A stretch of DNA of 64,000 nt, taken from the NCBI GenBank assembly GCA_000146045.2, contig BK006937.2, positions 160,001 to 224,000 of the forward strand. Reading direction: 5' to 3'. Source of the stretch: TPA_inf: Saccharomyces (Eukaryota). The notes beneath the pieces are model-generated. The model searched no databases. It was not told the origin of the DNA and worked only from the letters and a program-made list of their open reading frames with translations. Both the position numbers and the translations under genes were made by a program. Positions 51,738 to 60,456 of the stretch are shown here, one piece after another; the stretch's first letter is position 1; each line of letters starts with the position of its first letter.

Positions 51738-51928
51738 TCTGGCTTGGCCATCAAATACCCGGCCGTGGTTGGACTCGTTTAGCGAACAATAGCACCCAGC
51801 AGACCCTGGCAACATGCGGATGATATAAGAAGGACGAGCGTGGTGGAGGAAAGGGGCGCCATTGGCACACTCACGCAGGTGGTTGTTCAGCACGGCTTGC
51901 AGCAAGAGCGCCAAAACAGATTGCAAGA

Positions 51929-53761
51929 ATGACGGAGACTAAGGATTTGTTGCAAGACGAAGAGTTTCTTAAGATCCGCAGACTCAATTCCGCAGAAGCC
52001 AACAAACGGCATTCGGTCACGTACGATAACGTGATCCTGCCACAGGAGTCCATGGAGGTTTCGCCACGGTCGTCTACCACGTCGCTGGTGGAGCCAGTGG
52101 AGTCGACTGAAGGAGTGGAGTCGACTGAGGCGGAACGTGTGGCAGGGAAGCAGGAGCAGGAGGAGGAGTACCCTGTGGACGCCCACATGCAAAAGTACCT
52201 TTCACACCTGAAGAGCAAGTCTCGGTCGAGGTTCCACCGAAAGGATGCTAGCAAGTATGTGTCGTTTTTTGGGGACGTGAGTTTTGATCCTCGCCCCACG
52301 CTCCTGGACAGCGCCATCAACGTGCCCTTCCAGACGACTTTCAAAGGTCCGGTGCTGGAGAAACAGCTCAAAAATTTACAGTTGACAAAGACCAAGACCA
52401 AGGCCACGGTGAAGACTACGGTGAAGACTACGGAGAAAACGGACAAGGCAGATGCCCCCCCAGGAGAAAAACTGGAGTCGAACTTTTCAGGGATCTACGT
52501 GTTCGCATGGATGTTCTTGGGCTGGATAGCCATCAGGTGCTGCACAGATTACTATGCGTCGTACGGCAGTGCATGGAATAAGCTGGAAATCGTGCAGTAC
52601 ATGACAACGGACTTGTTCACGATCGCAATGTTGGACTTGGCAATGTTCCTGTGCACTTTCTTCGTGGTTTTCGTGCACTGGCTGGTGAAAAAGCGGATCA
52701 TCAACTGGAAGTGGACTGGGTTCGTTGCAGTGAGCATCTTCGAGTTGGCTTTCATCCCCGTGACGTTCCCCATTTACGTCTACTACTTTGATTTCAACTG
52801 GGTCACGAGAATCTTCCTGTTCCTGCACTCCGTGGTGTTTGTTATGAAGAGCCACTCGTTTGCCTTTTACAACGGGTATCTTTGGGACATAAAGCAGGAA
52901 CTCGAGTACTCTTCCAAACAGTTGCAAAAATACAAGGAATCTTTGTCCCCAGAGACCCGCGAGATTCTGCAAAAAAGTTGCGACTTTTGCCTTTTCGAAT
53001 TGAACTACCAGACCAAGGATAACGACTTCCCCAACAACATCAGTTGCAGCAATTTCTTCATGTTCTGTTTGTTCCCCGTCCTCGTGTACCAGATCAACTA
53101 CCCAAGAACGTCGCGCATCAGATGGAGGTATGTGTTGGAGAAGGTGTGCGCCATCATTGGCACCATCTTCCTCATGATGGTCACGGCACAGTTCTTCATG
53201 CACCCGGTGGCCATGCGCTGTATCCAGTTCCACAACACGCCCACCTTCGGCGGCTGGATCCCCGCCACGCAAGAGTGGTTCCACCTGCTCTTCGACATGA
53301 TTCCGGGCTTCACTGTTCTGTACATGCTCACGTTTTACATGATATGGGACGCTTTATTGAATTGCGTGGCGGAGTTGACCAGGTTTGCGGACAGATATTT
53401 CTACGGCGACTGGTGGAATTGCGTTTCGTTTGAAGAGTTTAGCAGAATCTGGAACGTCCCCGTTCACAAATTTTTACTAAGACACGTGTACCACAGCTCC
53501 ATGGGCGCATTGCATTTGAGCAAGAGCCAAGCTACATTATTTACTTTTTTCTTGAGTGCCGTGTTCCACGAAATGGCCATGTTCGCCATTTTCAGAAGGG
53601 TTAGAGGATATCTGTTCATGTTCCAACTGTCGCAGTTTGTGTGGACTGCTTTGAGCAACACCAAGTTTCTACGGGCAAGACCGCAGTTGTCCAACGTTGT
53701 CTTTTCGTTTGGTGTCTGTTCAGGGCCCAGTATCATTATGACGTTGTACCTGACCTTATGA
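51929..53761 (+). CDS. ARE1: Acyl-CoA:sterol O-acyltransferase (MBOAT family), 610 aa
   Basis: MBOAT signatures (FYGDWWN and the conserved His in SAVFHEMAMF) and multiple TM segments. Matches YCR048W. Confidence 0.93.
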   Translation: MTETKDLLQDEEFLKIRRLNSAEANKRHSVTYDNVILPQESMEVSPRSSTTSLVEPVESTEGVESTEAERVAGKQEQEEEYPVDAHMQKYLSHLKSKSRSRFHRKDASKYVSFFGDVSFDPRPTLLDSAINVPFQTTFKGPVLEKQLKNLQLTKTKTKATVKTTVKTTEKTDKADAPPGEKLESNFSGIYVFAWMFLGWIAIRCCTDYYASYGSAWNKLEIVQYMTTDLFTIAMLDLAMFLCTFFVVFVHWLVKKRIINWKWTGFVAVSIFELAFIPVTFPIYVYYFDFNWVTRIFLFLHSVVFVMKSHSFAFYNGYLWDIKQELEYSSKQLQKYKESLSPETREILQKSCDFCLFELNYQTKDNDFPNNISCSNFFMFCLFPVLVYQINYPRTSRIRWRYVLEKVCAIIGTIFLMMVTAQFFMHPVAMRCIQFHNTPTFGGWIPATQEWFHLLFDMIPGFTVLYMLTFYMIWDALLNCVAELTRFADRYFYGDWWNCVSFEEFSRIWNVPVHKFLLRHVYHSSMGALHLSKSQATLFTFFLSAVFHEMAMFAIFRRVRGYLFMFQLSQFVWTALSNTKFLRARPQLSNVVFSFGVCSGPSIIMTLYLTL

Positions 53762-54070
53762 ACTGCCACCATACCACGTGTGTCCCTCGCAAGCCCTTGA
53801 TAGATATACAATAGGGAATGGGCGTCCGCTCCACCGTGGTCAAAGACAGGGGCAAAGAGCTCCTAGGTCTATATATATATCTATATACATATTTATATAT
53901 ATTATTAGAACTTTACAATATAGTATATACCATTCATTGTTTAAGTTTCGGGTAATACTTTTTTTTTCCTTGTCATAACCCCAAAAATTTTCGATGCCTT
54001 TGATATAATTGAGAACAAGAAGAGTTTGCAGGTGACAAAAATCGATGATTATAGGTGTTGTGACGACAAA

Positions 54071-54739
54071 ATGAACGCTAATATATGGGTGGCTGCTTCA
54101 GATGGTAATTTGGACCGAGTGGAACATATCCTCCGCGAGAGTAAAGGCGCCATGACCCCGCAATCCAAGGACATTAACGGCTACACTCCAATGCATGCTG
54201 CCGCCGCATACGGCCACCTGGATTTGCTGAAGAAAATGTGCAATGAGTACAATGGAGACATTAATGTGTTGGACAACGACGGCGATACCCCGTTGCACCA
54301 TGTGGAGGATGTGGCCACTGCCAGGTTGATCGTGGAAGAGCTGGGTGGAGACTTCACTATCAGGAATGTGGAGGGCCAAACGCCATACGACTCGTTCGTC
54401 GAGAACGGTGAAGATGGTGAGCTAATCGAGTACATGAGGATTAAGTCCGGCGTGGCCGATGTTCACGGAGTGGACGGCGTGCAGGGTGAGGGTGTCATCG
54501 ACAGCAAATTGCTGGAAGAGTTCAAGGACAACGTGAGATACACCTTGGAAAATGACCCTGAGGAAGGAGCCGATGAGGCCACTCTGCAACGCAGGAGGCA
54601 GTTGGAACAGATCATTACGGGAGACAACGCTGAGGAGGAGTTGGAAAGGTACATCCGTGCTATGGTCAGAGAGCAGATGCTGGGCCAGGGCTCCATGGCG
54701 GGTTCCGGGGACGAACCAGATTCCAAGAGAAGAAAATAA
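54071..54739 (+). CDS. YCR051W: Ankyrin-repeat protein of unknown function, 222 aa
   Basis: Ankyrin repeats are present ([21 protein letters not shown] and [19 protein letters not shown]). The six-frame ORF begins 15 codons upstream at 54026. The start chosen is [13 protein letters not shown], which gives 222 aa. Confidence 0.82.
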
Positions 54740-54993
54740 CGACCCAGCACAAAGGCTCTTACAGCTTGCTAAAAGAAATTGAACGCGACGCTACATGAAC
54801 TACTTCTTTCTCTTACATAGTCTTTTCCCTTATGTATCTTTTCTGTACATTAATAGACGTTCTTACAAGGTAAAATTTCACCGCGTTTTTAAATAGAATG
54901 AAAAAAACGTTGTAGAGTGAAAGAAAAGCAACAAATATACAGTTCACAAGGCAGCTTCGTATAGTAATACAGCACGAAAAACAGCTCATAGAA

Positions 54994-56445
54994 ATGGTAA
55001 CACAGACCAATCCGGTCCCTGTTACATATCCAACGGATGCTTATATCCCCACGTATCTGCCCGATGATAAGGTCTCCAATCTGGCAGATTTGAAAAAATT
55101 GATAGAAATGGATTCCAGACTAGATTTGTATCTGACAAGAAGGAGGCTGGATACGTCCATCAATTTACCTACAAACACCAAGACCAAGGACCATCCCCCC
55201 AATAAAGAGATGCTGAGGATTTACGTCTACAACACTACGGAAAGCAGCCCTCGCAGCGATTCTGGCACCCCAGCGGACTCAGGCAAGACTACATGGACAC
55301 TGAGAATAGAAGGTAAGCTTCTGCACGAGTCCGCAAACGGAAAGCACCCATTTAGTGAGTTTTTGGAAGGTGTCGCGGTCGACTTTAAAAGACTGAAACC
55401 GCTGGGCATGGGCAAGAAGAGGAAACGCGATTCGTCATTGAGCCTTCCTTTGAATCTGCAACAACCCGAATACAATGATCAAGATAGCACCATGGGCGAT
55501 AACGACAACGGCGAGGATGAGGACAGTGCAGAGGCAGAATCCAGGGAGGAAATTGTAGACGCACTGGAATGGAACTACGATGAAAACAACGTTGTGGAGT
55601 TTGATGGTATCGACATCAAGAGGCAAGGCAAGGATAATTTGCGATGCAGTATAACCATCCAGTTGAGGGGTGTCGACGGTGGAAAAGTACAGTACTCGCC
55701 CAACTTAGCTACCTTGATAGGTATGCAAACGGGCTCCGTTAATGACGCGGTTTATTCGATCTACAAGTACATTTTGATCAACAATCTGTTTGTTACGGAA
55801 CAAACAGAGGCTCAAGATGGTTCCAACGATGCCGAAGACAGCAGTAACGAGAATAACAATAAAAACGGTGCTGGTGACGATGATGGCGTCGAGGGAAGTA
55901 CTCCAAAGGATAAGCCCGAATTGGGTGAAGTGAAGCTAGATTCACTCTTACAAAAGGTATTGGATACAAACGCCGCGCACCTCCCCTTGATGAATGTTGT
56001 GCAAACCGTGAACAAACTGGTATCACCCCTACCGCCCATCATCCTAGATTATACAATTGATCTTTCCAAAGATACCACCTATGGTGCTACCACCTTGGAT
56101 GTAGATGTGTCGCACATTCTCCACCAGCCTCAACCCCAGCCAAATTTACAAAAAGAGGAAGAAACAGATGCTGAAGACACAGCAAAACTACGTGAAATCA
56201 CAAAGCTTGCCTTGCAGTTGAACTCTAGTGCTCAAAAATACCAGTTTTTCCACGAACTGTCTTTGCATCCAAGAGAAACGCTGACTCACTACTTATGGTC
56301 TTCCAAGCAAAACGAGCTTGTGCTGCAGGGCGACCAATACTTCAATGAAGATGCTGCAAGAACGAGTGACATATACAGTAACAACAACAATGACAGGTCA
56401 CTAATGGGCAATATCTCACTACTGTACTCCCAAGGAAGACTATAA
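54994..56445 (+). CDS. RSC6: RSC chromatin-remodelling complex subunit (SWIB/MDM2 domain), 483 aa
   Basis: 483-aa ORF with a SWIB-like region and an acidic low-complexity insert. Matches YCR052W. Confidence 0.9.
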   Translation: MVTQTNPVPVTYPTDAYIPTYLPDDKVSNLADLKKLIEMDSRLDLYLTRRRLDTSINLPTNTKTKDHPPNKEMLRIYVYNTTESSPRSDSGTPADSGKTTWTLRIEGKLLHESANGKHPFSEFLEGVAVDFKRLKPLGMGKKRKRDSSLSLPLNLQQPEYNDQDSTMGDNDNGEDEDSAEAESREEIVDALEWNYDENNVVEFDGIDIKRQGKDNLRCSITIQLRGVDGGKVQYSPNLATLIGMQTGSVNDAVYSIYKYILINNLFVTEQTEAQDGSNDAEDSSNENNNKNGAGDDDGVEGSTPKDKPELGEVKLDSLLQKVLDTNAAHLPLMNVVQTVNKLVSPLPPIILDYTIDLSKDTTYGATTLDVDVSHILHQPQPQPNLQKEEETDAEDTAKLREITKLALQLNSSAQKYQFFHELSLHPRETLTHYLWSSKQNELVLQGDQYFNEDAARTSDIYSNNNNDRSLMGNISLLYSQGRL

Positions 56446-56696
56446 CATCACTGTATGATCTCATTCTTTCTGCAATTATTGCACGCCTCCTCGTGAGTAG
56501 TGACCGTGCGAACAAAAGAGTCATTACAACGAGGAAATAGAAGAAAATGAAAAATTTTCGACAAAATGTATAGTCATTTCTATCAATAACGTATACACGT
56601 TTTTTTAATACTATCTATATTGTGTATCTTATATTTTTCCATTTGGTAGTATAGCAGCAAATATTTGTTCTTAGACGGCCACCATCCCTCACACCA

Positions 56697-58241
56697 ATGC
56701 CTAACGCTTCCCAAGTTTACAGATCTACCAGATCCAGCTCTCCAAAGACAATCTCTTTTGAAGAGGCTATCATTCAAGGTCTGGCCACTGACGGTGGTCT
56801 TTTCATTCCACCAACTATTCCACAAGTGGACCAAGCCACTCTTTTCAATGATTGGTCAAAGCTCTCCTTCCAAGACTTAGCCTTTGCTATCATGAGACTA
56901 TACATTGCCCAAGAAGAGATTCCAGATGCTGATCTAAAGGACTTGATCAAGAGATCTTATTCTACTTTCCGTTCTGATGAAGTCACCCCCTTGGTGCAAA
57001 ACGTCACTGGTGACAAGGAGAATTTGCACATTTTAGAATTATTCCACGGTCCTACCTACGCTTTCAAAGACGTTGCTTTACAATTTGTCGGTAATCTTTT
57101 TGAATACTTCTTACAAAGAACCAACGCCAATTTACCTGAAGGCGAGAAAAAGCAAATCACTGTGGTCGGTGCTACTTCCGGTGACACTGGTTCTGCAGCC
57201 ATCTACGGTTTAAGAGGCAAAAAGGACGTTTCCGTTTTCATCTTATATCCAACCGGTAGAATTTCCCCAATTCAAGAAGAACAAATGACCACCGTTCCAG
57301 ATGAAAACGTCCAGACTTTGTCTGTTACCGGTACTTTCGACAACTGTCAAGATATCGTCAAAGCTATTTTCGGTGACAAAGAATTCAACTCTAAACACAA
57401 CGTCGGTGCTGTTAACTCCATCAACTGGGCAAGAATCTTGGCCCAAATGACCTATTACTTTTATTCATTCTTCCAAGCCACCAACGGTAAGGACTCCAAG
57501 AAGGTCAAGTTCGTTGTGCCAAGTGGGAACTTCGGTGATATATTGGCCGGTTATTTTGCCAAGAAAATGGGTTTGCCTATTGAAAAACTGGCCATCGCTA
57601 CCAATGAAAACGACATTTTGGACAGATTTTTGAAATCTGGTCTATACGAAAGATCAGACAAGGTTGCTGCTACTTTATCCCCAGCAATGGATATCTTAAT
57701 CTCTTCTAACTTTGAAAGACTACTATGGTACCTAGCTCGTGAATACCTAGCTAATGGTGATGATTTGAAAGCCGGTGAAATCGTCAACAATTGGTTCCAG
57801 GAATTGAAGACCAACGGTAAGTTCCAAGTTGACAAATCCATCATTGAAGGCGCATCAAAGGACTTTACATCAGAAAGAGTTTCCAATGAAGAAACATCTG
57901 AAACAATCAAGAAGATCTACGAATCATCTGTAAATCCAAAACATTACATCTTAGATCCTCACACAGCTGTCGGTGTTTGCGCCACAGAAAGATTGATTGC
58001 AAAAGATAATGACAAGTCCATCCAATACATTTCTCTATCTACCGCTCACCCAGCTAAATTTGCCGATGCTGTAAACAATGCATTGTCTGGATTTTCCAAT
58101 TATTCATTTGAAAAGGATGTTTTGCCTGAGGAATTGAAGAAACTATCCACATTAAAGAAGAAATTAAAATTCATCGAAAGAGCTGACGTTGAATTGGTCA
58201 AAAACGCTATTGAAGAAGAACTTGCTAAAATGAAATTATAA
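56697..58241 (+). CDS. THR4: Threonine synthase (PLP-dependent), 514 aa
   Basis: PLP-lysine motif (HGPTYAFKDVALQF) and a threonine synthase fold. 514 aa. Matches YCR053W. Confidence 0.95.
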   Translation: MPNASQVYRSTRSSSPKTISFEEAIIQGLATDGGLFIPPTIPQVDQATLFNDWSKLSFQDLAFAIMRLYIAQEEIPDADLKDLIKRSYSTFRSDEVTPLVQNVTGDKENLHILELFHGPTYAFKDVALQFVGNLFEYFLQRTNANLPEGEKKQITVVGATSGDTGSAAIYGLRGKKDVSVFILYPTGRISPIQEEQMTTVPDENVQTLSVTGTFDNCQDIVKAIFGDKEFNSKHNVGAVNSINWARILAQMTYYFYSFFQATNGKDSKKVKFVVPSGNFGDILAGYFAKKMGLPIEKLAIATNENDILDRFLKSGLYERSDKVAATLSPAMDILISSNFERLLWYLAREYLANGDDLKAGEIVNNWFQELKTNGKFQVDKSIIEGASKDFTSERVSNEETSETIKKIYESSVNPKHYILDPHTAVGVCATERLIAKDNDKSIQYISLSTAHPAKFADAVNNALSGFSNYSFEKDVLPEELKKLSTLKKKLKFIERADVELVKNAIEEELAKMKL

Positions 58242-58375
58242 GATCTTCCTTTTTAATGAATATATTTTATCTTATATAACATATAGAATTCTATAATTAA
58301 TAGAGAGTATGAAGTACGATTATCCTTAATGTTAATCAAAGTGAATCATGATTGCGAGAGTAAGGAACCATAAAA

Positions 58376-60067
58376 TTAATCTTCATCTATGCTAATAATC
58401 TCAGAATTCTCGTTCCCAGGGTCTTCTTCTTTAGATACTAATCTAACTTTCCCGCCCTTTTCAACTGATATTTCAAACCCAGCTTTGCTCAATGCATCGT
58501 CTTGAACAACGTCTTGAGCTTCCATTTTTTTGACATATTCCTGATTCTTGGCATTATTCTTTAACAAAAACTTCAAGCAAACAATAGATCTTTCCTTGAT
58601 AAACGGATCATTATCATCGATGACACAATTGGAAAGAATTAATGCAAGACCACCTAATTCTCTTATTTGATCTTGGATTTCAGGATGTGCATACACTAAC
58701 GATGCCAATATTTCGATTATTACTAATTTACAATGGGGAAAATTATCAGCCCTAATAAAGGATTCGTTGGTATTAACACGGTTGAAAATTAATAACCGGT
58801 CCTCGATTTTGTTACCTTCATGATCTGTGATTTTAATTTCATTCACCGTATCACCGTTTCCTTTCAAAAAATTAATCCTCAACAAATTCTTTTGGAAAGT
58901 ATCCAAGAGAGATACCAATATTTTCACAGAGTCATACGAAATTAAGAATTTTCTAACATGATTGAATTTGCACAAGTCAGAAATTATGTCCAGGCAAGAA
59001 AGTAAAGTGGAGTGTAATTGGATGGCAACTGAAGGAGCATAATCGTTACAACTTTTATTGAAAAAGGCAGGAATATCCTTGCATGCAAGACGTTGCAGAA
59101 TGGGGTAGCACCATGACATAATTGCAGTCAACTCATAGGTATTCCAATCTTCTTTACTCGTTACAACCAATTGCAATATCTGCAACAAAGTGGTGAATTT
59201 TCCTGGCTGTCTTTCTTCTAACCCATTGAGGTATTTACCAAAAGAAGCAGTTGTAAGACTTTTGCTAATACATTCTAAGACAGATAGGTCAATAGAAGTT
59301 ATTTCCAATTTTGAATCATCCAGATAGTTTCTGCCCTTCTCAATTAAAAAGGAATTCTCTTGATCCTGGATGAATTTGGCTGTCACTATATCGAAAAATA
59401 TTCTATCCCTAACACAATAATAGTCTTTCTGGGGTGTATCATTATCCCTGAAAAATTCGTTGGAAAATTCATCATTGTTGAGATACGTCTTGAAAAGAAA
59501 TAAATATGGTAGCCAGAAATGCTCTTCTTCTTCACCGTCTTCCAATTTGATCCCATAAGGGTATTGAAGAAATTGTAAAAGAGCTGGAAAAGTAGTCATA
59601 TCCACTGTAGAGTAGTTCTGCTGTATATTGAAAAGGCACGTTAAACATGCGATGTATAGATGTTTGATTAGCGGAGTGTCAACGACATACTCACTAGTTG
59701 CATGCAGAAAACCACGAATTACGAGGTTTTGTAGTAAAAGCTTTTGGGGTATTTCCTGGTTTTCAGCGGCAAGGTTTCTCATCATTAAGATAAGGCCCCT
59801 CACTGTTCTTGTATACGGTATTGAGCTATTCTCATTTAACGACGCTGGCAACAGCATTGCTTCCAAGGTGTCTCTTAATCGTTCCCAAAAAAGCTGGGAG
59901 TTAGCCATTGATTTCCTATGTTCTTCATCATTAAACGTCCTTTGAAATATACGGTTCAGGTTTTCGACGATTGGCTCATAATCCTCGACGCAACATGGGT
60001 CGTTCTTCATCATGGTAATGATTGAATCAAATAAATTGAATTCATCTAGAAAATTGTTCATAGGCAT
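58376..60067 (-). CDS. CTR86: Essential protein of unknown function with ARM/HEAT-like helical repeats, 563 aa
   Basis: 563-aa ORF that matches YCR054C in length and position. No catalytic motif is recognised. Confidence 0.85.
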   Translation of the reverse strand: MPMNNFLDEFNLFDSIITMMKNDPCCVEDYEPIVENLNRIFQRTFNDEEHRKSMANSQLFWERLRDTLEAMLLPASLNENSSIPYTRTVRGLILMMRNLAAENQEIPQKLLLQNLVIRGFLHATSEYVVDTPLIKHLYIACLTCLFNIQQNYSTVDMTTFPALLQFLQYPYGIKLEDGEEEEHFWLPYLFLFKTYLNNDEFSNEFFRDNDTPQKDYYCVRDRIFFDIVTAKFIQDQENSFLIEKGRNYLDDSKLEITSIDLSVLECISKSLTTASFGKYLNGLEERQPGKFTTLLQILQLVVTSKEDWNTYELTAIMSWCYPILQRLACKDIPAFFNKSCNDYAPSVAIQLHSTLLSCLDIISDLCKFNHVRKFLISYDSVKILVSLLDTFQKNLLRINFLKGNGDTVNEIKITDHEGNKIEDRLLIFNRVNTNESFIRADNFPHCKLVIIEILASLVYAHPEIQDQIRELGGLALILSNCVIDDNDPFIKERSIVCLKFLLKNNAKNQEYVKKMEAQDVVQDDALSKAGFEISVEKGGKVRLVSKEEDPGNENSEIISIDED

Positions 60068-60456
60068 TGTTATTTAGTTATCTTCTTTTTTGATGAATCA
60101 ATAATTTTATAAGGCTTAGTGTAATTGTTCTCCCGATGATAGTATGAAACGGTAGTCGATAAATTTGTGTCAAATTTTTTCCTCATCCCATCAATTCTTC
60201 ATTTTTTCCCTTCCTATTTTTTTTTTTACTGAAGCGATGATGCCTTATATATAAGGAAAATAGCCTCGTCAGTCAAAGGACGACTCCCGTAATGGTAGCC
60301 TCAGTTTATATTAGGCGCTCTCATCATGATGTATATCGATATTGGCGATGATATTTTTTTTTGTTGATATTAAATACAAATGTAATGCTTTATATAGTTC
60401 TATACTTGGGGAATACATGATGTGAATGTGCATAAATAGAGGACAGTGAATATTTT

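Noticed and set aside
52487-53284. 265-aa antisense ORF (and smaller ones) on the minus strand inside ARE1
   Set aside because: It lies wholly inside a strongly supported MBOAT gene on the other strand. It is His/Glu/Val-rich low-complexity translation typical of the reverse frame of a GC-rich, codon-biased gene. It has no domain. The dubious yeast ORFs annotated here (YCR049C/YCR050C) are generally regarded as non-genes.
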